Shown here piece after piece: positions 47,010 to 55,406 of a DNA stretch of 64,000 nt; within the stretch, counting starts at the first letter, position 1, and each line of letters begins with the position of its first letter. Location: contig JAZKJH010000003.1 of the NCBI GenBank assembly GCA_040384485.1, positions 7,556 to 71,555 on the forward strand, read 5' to 3'. The notes under the pieces were generated by a model. The model was not told the origin of the DNA. It saw only the letters and a program-made list of their open reading frames with translations, and made no database searches. Origin of the DNA: Patescibacteria group bacterium. GTDB taxonomy: Bacteria; Patescibacteriota; Minisyncoccia; Phycocordibacterales; DATDWN01. A program made the position numbers and the translations under genes.

Positions 47010-47235
47010 AAGCTCCACGGTTTTTTTATTGGAAGCCGAGAATATCTCGTAGCGAAGCGCACGAGAATGAGAGGCGTATGATAGTGGTGGCGGAGCCACT
47101 TCTAATACCAACAAAACAGCCCCGATGTTGTCCGTTCAACACACCATCAGCTTGCTGCAGGATTTGAGCGGACAACCGGTTTTATTTGACTCAAACTTTC
47201 TATAGTTATAGTATGTGCCGAGAAATGGAGGGGTG

Positions 47236-48135
47236 ATGAACCCAAACTATGCACCTTACGAAAAACGAAAAGCAGATACTCAGTACAAGCACAATCTTCG
47301 ACGGGTGCTCAAACGAGGTCAGTTGACTGGAAATCCTTTCCAGACCCAAAAGACCCTGACGCACCTGACTTTGCCAGCCATGAATTTCAAATTGGCAAAC
47401 GGATTCCCGCTCATCACTGAGAGGAAAGCCAGTTTTTGGAGAGCTCCCATCGGTGAACTTCTTGCTTTCATTCACGGAGCAAGAACTATCGAGGAACTCG
47501 ATAGTTGGGGTTGCAAGTGGTGGGACAAATGGGCTACCCCTGAAAAATGTGCCGACTTTGGCCTGCCACCTGGCGACCTCGGTCCTGGCTCATACGGAGC
47601 TGCCTTCCACGACTTCCCCATGCCCAACGGTGGAACTTGGAACCAGTTCGAAGCTGTGATTAAGCAAATCAAAGCTTTGCCCAGCCTGAGAACGCATTTG
47701 GTTACAAGTTGGATTCCGTTCTACTCGGTTGGTGACAACAGAAAAGTTGTTGTGGCTCCGTGTCATGGAAACATGATTCAGATTACTGTAATCAATGGTA
47801 AGCTGACTCTTCGCATGGTACAGAGGTCAGGAGACTTTCCCATCGGTGTGCCGTCGAACATGGTTCAGTACGCGGCGCTGACTATTATGATTGCACATGT
47901 CACTGGTTACGAGCCATACATGTACATTCACCAAGTCAACGATGCCCAGATGTATCTGGATCAGGAGGAACAAGTGCGTGGAATTGTTTCGAGAGAGACA
48001 GTTCCGTACCCAACCCTCAGGCTCACTGCGGAAGGTTTGAAAGTCACTGACTTGTTCGATTTCAGACCAGAGCATTTCGAGTTGTCTGACTACCACCCAG
48101 GACCAGCGATCCCGGGTATCCCAGCGACAATCTAG
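47236..48135 (+). CDS. thyA: Thymidylate synthase family protein (divergent ThyA)
   Basis: GFPLITERK..FW......ELLAFIHG, DLGPGSYG, VAPCHG (PCH catalytic Cys), QRSGDFPIGVPSNMVQYAAL (Asn retained, consistent with dUMP specificity). Start refined to MNPNY with GGAGGGG RBS. Confidence 0.75.
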   Translation: MNPNYAPYEKRKADTQYKHNLRRVLKRGQLTGNPFQTQKTLTHLTLPAMNFKLANGFPLITERKASFWRAPIGELLAFIHGARTIEELDSWGCKWWDKWATPEKCADFGLPPGDLGPGSYGAAFHDFPMPNGGTWNQFEAVIKQIKALPSLRTHLVTSWIPFYSVGDNRKVVVAPCHGNMIQITVINGKLTLRMVQRSGDFPIGVPSNMVQYAALTIMIAHVTGYEPYMYIHQVNDAQMYLDQEEQVRGIVSRETVPYPTLRLTAEGLKVTDLFDFRPEHFELSDYHPGPAIPGIPATI

Positions 48136-48218
48136 TTCTTTCCAAACACACAAGCTGTACTCTCTGGGGTATGGCTTGTTTTTTATTCGCAAAGTGATAT
48201 AAAGCTATTGGAGGAAAC

Positions 48219-48674
48219 ATGTCCGAAGTACACCTTGGAAACGCTCGGGATCCCGAACAACTCCGAAGAATGGAGGAATTGCAAAAAAAAGGAGACTGTC
48301 ATTTTTGTGGAGACATTGGCCAGAAACACACTGCGCCTGTTATCAAAACGACAGAAAACTGGTTTGTAGTTGCAAACGACTTTCCGTACAAAGGTTCAAT
48401 TCACCACTATCTGGTAGTAAGTCGTGCTCACATCACGAAAATTTCCGAGGTGAGAACCGATGCAAGAATTGAACTGTTTGAAGTTGCTCATTGGCTCGAA
48501 ACAAAACTTGATGTAAATGGATTTTCATTTTTTGTCCGGTCAGGAAACATGTCGCTGACTGGTGCAACACTCGACCATTTGCATTTCCATTTTTTGGTTG
48601 GTGCCGAAAAGCCAAAGAACGCGAAATTTCCCGATGACAACTTGCTTGTAACCCTAGGGTACAAGGAAAAATAA
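48219..48674 (+). CDS. HIT-like (histidine triad, HxHxH) nucleotide hydrolase/transferase family protein with CxxC
   Basis: ...LDHLHFHFLVG histidine-triad-like motif and CHFCGD zinc-ribbon-like element. Confidence 0.5.
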   Translation: MSEVHLGNARDPEQLRRMEELQKKGDCHFCGDIGQKHTAPVIKTTENWFVVANDFPYKGSIHHYLVVSRAHITKISEVRTDARIELFEVAHWLETKLDVNGFSFFVRSGNMSLTGATLDHLHFHFLVGAEKPKNAKFPDDNLLVTLGYKEK

Positions 48675-48678
48675 ATAA

Positions 48679-48713
48679 CCCCCGACTCTACTCACGTAGA
48701 CTCGGGGGTTTTT
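48679..48713. terminator. Bidirectional terminator between convergent genes
   Basis: CCCCCGACTCTACTCACGTAGACTCGGGGG + TTTTT. Confidence 0.75.
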
Positions 48714-49567
48714 CAAATTCTCACCTGAACAATGGAAACTCTTCCCTCACGCAAGACTTCCGTCGCATTCAGAACTGAGTAACCATCCTTAAAGAACACT
48801 TTCTTGATTCCTGCTGCCACAATTTCTCGGGCGCAGTCCTCACATGGGAAAGTTGTAACGTACACAGAAGCACCTTCTGTAGCCAAACCTCTCCTGGCAC
48901 ATTCAGCAATCACTCCTCGCTCTGCATGCATTGCACAAGACTTTCCCTTCTCTCCTGCATTTGCATATAAACGAGGATCACTGAACGCATAAGTTACGTA
49001 TTCATCAGGCATGTGCCTGTTGAAGGCAATGGCGAGAGAATCACCTTTGGAGTCCACGATGAGTGCTGCAACTTGCCGCCACCAATCAGGACTTTTAGGT
49101 AAAACTTGTATTGCCGCTTTCATACAAACTTTGTCAAAGTGACTGTTACTAACGACCATATCTGGAATAACCGGCTGCTCCCTAGTCACTGCAGACATAT
49201 CGTATCTTGCCCAAATCATTTCAAATACAATCTGTTCTTTTGGAACATCTTGCATGAACTTCTCAACAAGAAGTTGTGTGACATCTTCGTCAGGCAGGTA
49301 AACTTTACATCCTGATACATAAGACAGATGCTCTTTCACATCCTCAGTGCCAACTACATACACAGAGCGAACTAGGCCACCGATTCCCTCAATCGACTCC
49401 TTAATCATATGTGCGGGTAAGGAAGCCATGTTTCTAGCCAACCTAGGCACAAGGGACTCTACAAGTTCTTTTGAAACCAGATACAAAACCGAGTTCGGAC
49501 CGTGTTTCGTAAACCAATCAATGTGTCGTTGGTTGAGTGTGGGTATGTAAGCAACAAGAATACTCAT
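48713..49567 (-). CDS. Deoxycytidylate (dCMP) deaminase with ~140-aa N-terminal extension
   Basis: C-terminal CAMHAERGVIAEC...PCEDCAREI zinc-binding cytidine/dCMP deaminase motifs (H-A-E, PCxxC). Confidence 0.75.
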   Translation of the reverse strand: MSILVAYIPTLNQRHIDWFTKHGPNSVLYLVSKELVESLVPRLARNMASLPAHMIKESIEGIGGLVRSVYVVGTEDVKEHLSYVSGCKVYLPDEDVTQLLVEKFMQDVPKEQIVFEMIWARYDMSAVTREQPVIPDMVVSNSHFDKVCMKAAIQVLPKSPDWWRQVAALIVDSKGDSLAIAFNRHMPDEYVTYAFSDPRLYANAGEKGKSCAMHAERGVIAECARRGLATEGASVYVTTFPCEDCAREIVAAGIKKVFFKDGYSVLNATEVLREGRVSIVQVRI

Positions 49568-50253
49568 TGCTTATCTCCCTCCTTTTTGCCCAATTTCACA
49601 GTGCGACCTTCTCGATGAAAATAATCTTCGATGGCTGTACTGATACCATTAATTGCTGCCCTCGCCGAATTCAAAGACTCGTCGATATGATCAACAAGTC
49701 CACCAGCTCCGTCAATCATCAAGTCCCGAAGACGTGCGGTTGTGGAAATAGTCGCTGTTGGCTCAAGAACCACCAGCTCTCCACAAAGCTCTTTAAGCTT
49801 TCGGTGGTCTTCCTCACTGATATCTTTTGTAGATTTGGACATTACTAGAACATCTGGTTTGATTAACCGGATGATATACATCGGATCGTCAACATGCCGG
49901 TCAACATCCCGAATTGTCAAAATGTTAACAGAACGAATGTTTGCCAGAAGCTCTAACCTTTCCTCGAAAGGCACGGCTGGTCGTCGTTCGTTGGCCTTGC
50001 CTTTGCGAAGACGCGTGTACTCATCAGAGTCCACTGCCACCACAAGAATTGCACCTTCTCCGCCTGCCTTCAAAGCTTCTGCGAGATAACGTGCATGACC
50101 GATGTGTAAAAGATCGTAAACGCCTTGGGTCATCACAATGGGATGGCCGACTTGTCGAAATGACTCGATTGTTCGAGTCAAAACTTCGTAATCAGCGATA
50201 AACCTATCTTTCAGGTCAACGGTTGTGCCGAGAATCCTTCTCAATGGAACCAT
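49564..50253 (-). CDS. Cytidylyltransferase-like nucleotidyltransferase (TagD/RfaE-domain-II family)
   Basis: GVYDLLHIGHARYL (HxGH), ...VAVDSDE..., ...ISTTARLRD matches the glycerol-3-phosphate cytidylyltransferase pattern. Start refined to MVPLRR with AGGGAG RBS. Confidence 0.7.
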   Translation of the reverse strand: MVPLRRILGTTVDLKDRFIADYEVLTRTIESFRQVGHPIVMTQGVYDLLHIGHARYLAEALKAGGEGAILVVAVDSDEYTRLRKGKANERRPAVPFEERLELLANIRSVNILTIRDVDRHVDDPMYIIRLIKPDVLVMSKSTKDISEEDHRKLKELCGELVVLEPTATISTTARLRDLMIDGAGGLVDHIDESLNSARAAINGISTAIEDYFHREGRTVKLGKKEGDKQ

Positions 50254-50303
50254 ATCATTCTCCCTATCAAATAACTTTCCTGCTATAAAGATATACCAAC
50301 CAA

Positions 50304-50338
50304 ACAAAAAAGATACTGGACATCCAGTATCTTTTTTG
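50304..50338 (-). terminator. Rho-independent terminator immediately after rplK
   Basis: AGATACTGGACATCCAGTATCT hairpin flanked by A-run/T-run. rplA does not follow rplK. Confidence 0.7.
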
Positions 50339-50363
50339 TTTTAAAATTTGTTTAAATTTTAGA

Positions 50364-50786
50364 CTATTTTACGTCCACGCCCATACTTCGAGCACTTCCT
50401 TCGATGATTTTCATTGCTGCCTCAACATCGTTTGCGTTTAGGTCAGGCATTTTCTTTTCTGCTATTTCTTTCACCTGAGCTTTTGTAAGAGTTCCTATCT
50501 TAGAAACTGCGTTTTTACCAGAGCCTTTTTCTTTTCCTAGAGCTTTCAAAATAAGGTTTGAAGCTGGAGGAGTCTTAAGTACGAAAGAGAAAGTTCTGTC
50601 CTCGTATACTGAGATTTCTACAGGAACAACATCTCCCACCATTTTAGATGTAGCATCGTTGAACTGCTTTACGAATTCACCAATGTTTACTCCCGCCTGT
50701 CCCAAGGCTGGTCCAACTGGAGGCGCAGGGTTAGCCTTACCTGCTGGAATGACGAGTTTTAGTTTTTTTGTTATCTTTTTTGCCAT
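50364..50786 (-). CDS. rplK: 50S ribosomal protein L11
   Basis: [35 protein letters not shown]... canonical L11. Confidence 0.95.
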   Translation of the reverse strand: MAKKITKKLKLVIPAGKANPAPPVGPALGQAGVNIGEFVKQFNDATSKMVGDVVPVEISVYEDRTFSFVLKTPPASNLILKALGKEKGSGKNAVSKIGTLTKAQVKEIAEKKMPDLNANDVEAAMKIIEGSARSMGVDVK

Positions 50787-50831
50787 AAATTTGTGTGGTG
50801 ATACTCTAATATAAAATCACTTAAATTGCAA

Positions 50832-51377
50832 TTATATCTTCTTAATTTGTAGGAAATCCAATTCGACAGGTGTTTCTCGTCCGAACATAGCTACGAGGAC
50901 CTTTACCTTACCTCTCTCCTCATCTACCTCGTTTACCTTACCTTCCAAATCCTTGAATGGACCATCAACGATCTTGATAGCGTCGTTTATAGCAAGGTCA
51001 ATTTTGTGTTTTGCTGTATGAGCATTCATCCGGGCAAACAAATCATCAACCTCCTTTTTATCTATTGGAACTGGATACACTCCTGAACCTACGAAACCGG
51101 TAACACGGGGGGTGTTTCTAACCACGAACCAAGAATCCTCAGTCACTATCATGTCTACCAAAATGTAACCAGGATATATTTTTTCATCTTCCTCAACTCT
51201 TTTACCAGCCTTTATTTTTATTTTCTTTTCTGTAGGAACAATCACGTTGAAAATTTTGTCTTCCATTCCAAGGGATTCTATTCTTTGTTTTAGGTTTCTT
51301 TGCACTGCGTTCTCATACCCAGAGTATGTGTGAACCACGTACCAATTTCTCCCAGTTTGCACTTGTTGTCGTGACAT
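50832..51377 (-). CDS. nusG: Transcription termination/antitermination factor NusG
   Basis: NGN domain WYVVHTYSGYE... and KOW ...GKVKVLVAMFGRETPVELDF. Confidence 0.9.
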   Translation of the reverse strand: MSRQQVQTGRNWYVVHTYSGYENAVQRNLKQRIESLGMEDKIFNVIVPTEKKIKIKAGKRVEEDEKIYPGYILVDMIVTEDSWFVVRNTPRVTGFVGSGVYPVPIDKKEVDDLFARMNAHTAKHKIDLAINDAIKIVDGPFKDLEGKVNEVDEERGKVKVLVAMFGRETPVELDFLQIKKI

Positions 51378-51405
51378 ATTTTATAGTAGGTTAAAAGTAA
51401 ATAAA

Positions 51406-51585
51406 TTAAATAACAAACTTCTCGATGATTTGCTGAAGAATATAATCAAAGAATCCCAAAAAGAATGCAGTAAAGATTGATATCAAAACTACGACAATAG
51501 TAAAAATAGTTGCCTGACTTTTTGTCGGCCAACTAACGTGCTTTAACTCTCCTCTTGTATCTTTTATGTATGTTATAAGACTCAT
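51406..51585 (-). CDS. secE: Preprotein translocase subunit SecE (59 aa)
   Basis: Not in the ORF track (<60 aa). MSLITYIKDTRGELKHVSWPTKSQATIFTIVVVLISIFTAFFLGFFDYILQQIIEKFVI. Canonical secE-nusG-rplK order. Confidence 0.7.
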   Translation of the reverse strand: MSLITYIKDTRGELKHVSWPTKSQATIFTIVVVLISIFTAFFLGFFDYILQQIIEKFVI

Positions 51586-51675
51586 AAATTTGTATTAAAA
51601 AACCCCTCCTGGGGTCCTGATTTATATGTATATATAATACTCCTTTAAGGTTAAATAGTCAATACCAAAAACTGA

Positions 51676-51705
51676 CAAACAAAAACCCCTATTTAGGGGT
51701 TTTTG
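51676..51705 (-). terminator. Rho-independent terminator after ORF 51726..52544
   Basis: CCCCTAAATAGGGG hairpin + UUUUUGUUUG on the minus strand. Confidence 0.65.
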
Positions 51706-51725
51706 TTGAGCCATATTTTGAGAAG

Positions 51726-52544
51726 TTATCTTACTTCGTAAACTATGGTTACGTTAGACACGATTTCATTTTCTCCTACAGGTAGCTGAGGTGCTGCAGA
51801 CTGTGCAACTGCCATGTCAGCTGAGATACTCTTGGATTCCATACCACCCATTCCGTAGTACATAGGATAGTAATCCCCTTGCTCTGAGAAGTTCACAATC
51901 TTAACTAATTTTAATCCTAGAGAACGAGCTAGCACTTTTGCTTCTTCTTTTGCATTTTCTATCGCCTCCTCTCTTGCTTGTTTTTTAACACCCTCTAGAT
52001 CATCGACAACAAAATTTAAACCACTAACATTTGAGGCTCCGAGAGATCCTATTTTTGTTAAAACATCCCCTGCTTCTTCTGTCTTTCTGATTTTAACTGT
52101 TATGTTTTGACTTACTTCATAACCAGTTAATACTTCTCTTCCTGGAGGACAATAACCTCCTGCACAAACTCCTCCTGTTCTATATTCATACTTTGGGTAT
52201 GAGTTGTATCCAGTTGTCTTAATATCTTTTTCTTCAATATTCATAGCCTTAAGTGCATCTAAAATTGTATTCATTTTTTTAGTTGCCTTATCTTGAGCGA
52301 CTGCTACTGTATTTCCAGTTTCAGTTACTGAAAAATTAACCTCTGCTACATCTGGAATCGCTACAATAGTACCTTTTCCAGTAACGTTTATAGTATTTGT
52401 CGGGTACACATTACCTCCTATATATCGAAACTCTTTAAGGGTATTTAGAGCCTTAAGACCTAGGAAGACTGCTAATAAAAATACCACGGCTATCAAGCCG
52501 TTAATAAGTCTTCTTCTTTGTATATCTGTCAGATTTATGAACAT
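51726..52544 (-). CDS. SIMPL/DUF541-domain periplasmic protein (BP26/OMP28-like)
   Basis: N-terminal TM anchor. Domain pattern ...VTGKGTIVAIPDVAEVNFSV...GYEVSQNITVKIRK... characteristic of DUF541. Confidence 0.65.
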   Translation of the reverse strand: MFINLTDIQRRRLINGLIAVVFLLAVFLGLKALNTLKEFRYIGGNVYPTNTINVTGKGTIVAIPDVAEVNFSVTETGNTVAVAQDKATKKMNTILDALKAMNIEEKDIKTTGYNSYPKYEYRTGGVCAGGYCPPGREVLTGYEVSQNITVKIRKTEEAGDVLTKIGSLGASNVSGLNFVVDDLEGVKKQAREEAIENAKEEAKVLARSLGLKLVKIVNFSEQGDYYPMYYGMGGMESKSISADMAVAQSAAPQLPVGENEIVSNVTIVYEVR

Positions 52545-52609
52545 ATTTAATACTGGTTATTACTTTATAATGCAAACATTATACCATAGACGTAACTATT
52601 GACCTTTTA

Positions 52610-53152
52610 TTACAACCATTTTTTTGACACGTAAACAATTGTTACCCCCAAAACTATTCCGGCCACGATGTCCGACAACCAATGCACTCCTAAGTAGACC
52701 CTAGAAAACGCCACAATAAATATAAAAGTTACACAAAAGAACAAGGCCGGAAACCTGCGAATTCCTTTCAACTGTTCCTTAAAAATATAATAGAGTGACA
52801 AGAAAAAAACTGTAGCGATGGTCGCGTGGTAACTCGGAAAACTGTTACTCAAAACTGCCACAACCCCCCCATCCGGACGGTTGATACCAAAAATATATTT
52901 TAAAATCAGAACCAAAATACCAGTTATAAGTATGGTTGCCCCAAACAAAAAGGCCGTTCTAATGTTTTTATGATATAGAATTAGTAAAATAGAAATCCCA
53001 ATTAGCAAAACGAAATAGATATCTGCATCAAATGCTCGGGTAAAAAAGTGAAAAAAATCCGTCAAAAATGGAACTCTGTTGGTTAGGAAATATTCATAAA
53101 CAAGTAAATCGAAAAAGTTCATATTAATTTTCAAACCGCGCGTATATCCCAC
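52610..53152 (-). CDS. PAP2-family phosphatase (phosphatidic acid/undecaprenyl-PP phosphatase-like)
   Basis: PSYH and SRVYLGVHWLSDIVAG correspond to PAP2 motifs 2-3. Multiple TM segments. Confidence 0.8.
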   Translation of the reverse strand: MGYTRGLKINMNFFDLLVYEYFLTNRVPFLTDFFHFFTRAFDADIYFVLLIGISILLILYHKNIRTAFLFGATILITGILVLILKYIFGINRPDGGVVAVLSNSFPSYHATIATVFFLSLYYIFKEQLKGIRRFPALFFCVTFIFIVAFSRVYLGVHWLSDIVAGIVLGVTIVYVSKKWL

Positions 53153-54005
53153 TAGGCAAAAGTTTGTTGGATTCTGACTGCTTAATAAAAAGCTCTCCTG
53201 AACTCAAACCCCCTTCTATCCCCTCTAAAGCTCCCCCCAAAACCTGCAAATATGTTTTGTGGGAATAAACTGAGGAATACCCGTTTAGGATAACGGCAAC
53301 AGGATTTGGAGACAGGATTTTTTTTATTTTTTTTAAAAAAGGAGCTAAATCTTCTTCTATTTTCCACACTTCATTTTTAACCCCCTTTCCATATACAGGA
53401 GGATCAAGTAGGACTATGTCATATTTTTTCCCTCTTTTTATTTCTCTCTCAACAAACTTTCTTACATCGTCCACAATAAGTCTAACTGGTTTCTCTCGTA
53501 GATTGTTTAGCTTTAAATTTTTGTCAGTTAAATCAACTGCGAACTTGGAAGCATCTACATGACAGACAGCGGCCCCAGCTCTCAAACAGGCCATTGTTGC
53601 ACCGCCAGTATAAGCAAAAAGGTTAAGCACTTCTATATTTCTTCCCTTTTCAACATGTTTCGATATTTTCTCCTCAAGCCAACTCCAGTGGGAAGACTGT
53701 TCAGGAAAAACTCCTGTATGTTTCGATGGTAACAACTTTAGATTAAAAGCTAATCCGGAAATATCTACGGATAGTCTTTCTGGATTTTCAATCGTATTTA
53801 TTTTCCAAGCACCTGCAGCGCCAGTGCGACTAAAAACCGCATCAGCCGCAGCCCAAACATTCTCTCCGAGAGACTTGGACCATATTGCCTGTGCTTCGGG
53901 TCTTCGTAAAACAATACTACCGAACTTCTCTAATTTTTCTCCTTCTCCGCTATCTATTAGCTCGTAGTCGTTTTGTTTTTCAGTAATGAGATCTCCTTTT
54001 TGCAT
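53124..54005 (-). CDS. Class I SAM-dependent methyltransferase (RlmI/RlmK-like rRNA m5C MTase core)
   Basis: FAYTGGATMA (SAM-binding GxGxG-like), DVRKFV, LLDPPVYG (DPPxF/Y catalytic motif). Confidence 0.7.
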   Translation of the reverse strand: MQKGDLITEKQNDYELIDSGEGEKLEKFGSIVLRRPEAQAIWSKSLGENVWAAADAVFSRTGAAGAWKINTIENPERLSVDISGLAFNLKLLPSKHTGVFPEQSSHWSWLEEKISKHVEKGRNIEVLNLFAYTGGATMACLRAGAAVCHVDASKFAVDLTDKNLKLNNLREKPVRLIVDDVRKFVEREIKRGKKYDIVLLDPPVYGKGVKNEVWKIEEDLAPFLKKIKKILSPNPVAVILNGYSSVYSHKTYLQVLGGALEGIEGGLSSGELFIKQSESNKLLPSGIYARFEN

Positions 54006-54092
54006 ACACTCAATTGTATCAAAGAAAATATTAAAATGATAAAAGAAGATATAGAAAAAAGCTCGACACGATGGTATGTGTCGAGCTTTTGT

Positions 54093-54509
54093 TTACAAAA
54101 ACCTGGGAAGGTGTGAGATGGTTGCCCAAATCACCATGCTCTCCAAAAAAAGAGAAGGTACAGAAAACCTTGTTCTATGTCCGTCATAGATGAGACACAG
54201 CCCCAGACATACCGCTAAGTAAAGGTGAACACTAGCAACAATAAAGCTGCCGTCTGCACCGAAACTAAAGTTCGAGAATCCGAAACTCACGACTGAAACT
54301 ATGGCTGCCAGACAAGATATTGCAATCGAAAACCACCCTTTTCTAAAGGCGGTAAGTGCAACAGCTCCGATTAAGCAACTGACCAACACCAGGGCAAGTT
54401 CCTCACTCATATGATTGATGAGGAATAAATAAGAACTGATTGTGACCAAAACTGAAAAAGTTTCGGCCAAAAGCAGCTCAAGAAACCTCTGTCGCTTTGA
54501 CTCAGTCAT
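54093..54509 (-). CDS. Hypothetical integral membrane protein
   Basis: Four predicted TM helices. 138 aa. Confidence 0.45.
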   Translation of the reverse strand: MTESKRQRFLELLLAETFSVLVTISSYLFLINHMSEELALVLVSCLIGAVALTAFRKGWFSIAISCLAAIVSVVSFGFSNFSFGADGSFIVASVHLYLAVCLGLCLIYDGHRTRFSVPSLFLESMVIWATISHLPRFL

Positions 54510-54569
54510 ATCATCCTCCTCAAAAAGCTCTGTATATAATTAAGAACTATCCCTACAATAAAGTCAAAT

Positions 54570-55025
54570 CTAGTTTTGATTTTTAAACTCATCTCTCACT
54601 TCCATCCAGATTTTGCCTAAATGGTTTTGCCCGTTTTTGTTTGGTCCCCACCCCCAAAAGTCGTCTCTCCAAGAATCCTCTACAAGTTCTTTCCCACCTG
54701 ACTCAAGCAACTTCTCTTTGACATAAGGGTGCTGTAAAACCTTTTGTATTAAAATACTTTTCATTACATTCAACTTTATTTCGTCCCAATTTGAAACCTG
54801 TTTGTCTTTATGCAGCCTAGCGACCAACATAGCATCGTGAGCAGATTTGGTGTCTCTGATTTCTTCTTTTATATTCTCATTATCAAATTTCTCAGAATGA
54901 TACACGTGCTCGGAAGTCATATACGTCTTCCCTTTCCAATCTATAGCAAATGAAGAGAAGTTGGAAAAAACATAGTATTCATTTTCGTAAAAGAATATTT
55001 GTGTTTCGGTATCTAATCTATACAT
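54570..55025 (-). CDS. NADAR-domain protein (YbiA/DUF1768-like N-glycosidase)
   Basis: FFYENEYYVFSNFS...EHVYHSEKF...WRDDFWGWGPNKNGQNHLGKIWMEVR. Confidence 0.75.
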   Translation of the reverse strand: MYRLDTETQIFFYENEYYVFSNFSSFAIDWKGKTYMTSEHVYHSEKFDNENIKEEIRDTKSAHDAMLVARLHKDKQVSNWDEIKLNVMKSILIQKVLQHPYVKEKLLESGGKELVEDSWRDDFWGWGPNKNGQNHLGKIWMEVRDEFKNQN

Positions 55026-55044
55026 GACTAAATATTATCACTTA

Positions 55045-55085
55045 AGAACAGAAAAGTCCTTACACCGTAAGGACTTTTCTGTTCT
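55045..55085. other. Perfect 19-bp-stem hairpin (AGAACAGAAAAGTCCTTAC-acc-GTAAGGACTTTTCTGTTCT) followed by TTTTGTTTT
   Basis: Lies between the NADAR gene start and the tRNA-His 3'-end duplicate. The T-run follows on the plus strand, where no upstream plus-strand gene exists. Confidence 0.6.
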
Positions 55086-55089
55086 TTTG

Positions 55090-55108
55090 TTTTGGGTGGC
55101 TACAGGGA
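55090..55108. repeat. Direct repeat of the tRNA-His 3' end (TTTTGGGTGGCTACAGGGA), copy 1 (fragment)
   Basis: 19/19 identical to 55261..55279, which is the 3' end of intact tRNA-His. No 5' half of a tRNA accompanies it. Confidence 0.7.
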
Positions 55109-55260
55109 ATTGGTCACGAGTTTCTAATTCACTTCGTTCATAAGAACTCTCGACCCCGACTCGGCCCCAGCCTATGGCTGGCTTCGCGGCCTCCGTCTTT
55201 CGACTCCCCGTATCCATACCAAAAATATATTTCGCAAACACTCCGCATTTCCTGCGTTAT

Positions 55261-55279
55261 TTTTGGGTGGCTACAGGGA
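55261..55279. repeat. Direct repeat copy 2 (3' end of intact tRNA-His)
   Basis: TTTTGGGTGGCTACAGGGA. Confidence 0.7.
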
Positions 55280-55337
55280 GTTGAACCCTGACTAAAAGCT
55301 CCACAAGCTCTTGTGCTACCGCTACACCATAGCCACC
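55266..55337 (-). tRNA. tRNA-His (anticodon GUG) with encoded G-1
   Basis: Manual fold: acceptor GUGGCUA/UAGCCAC with extra 5' G pairing discriminator C73. D-stem GUGU/GCAC. Anticodon stem AGAGC/GCUUU with loop UUGUGGA. T-arm CAGGG-UUCAACU-CCCUG. Confidence 0.8.
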
Positions 55338-55406
55338 ATATTGCTTCAATAATATGAAGATTACTAATTTATACCAGAAAGGAGCGTTTTAGTCTATAAA
55401 ATAGTC

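Noticed and set aside
55038-55241. 67-aa ORF 55038..55241 and the possibility that 55086..55215 is a second (intron-containing) tRNA
   Set aside because: The ORF overlaps the tRNA-His 3'-end duplicate and the GC-rich spacer. The segment has the tRNA 3' acceptor/T-stem strand but no complementary 5' acceptor strand or D/anticodon arms, so it was called a fragment rather than a tRNA.
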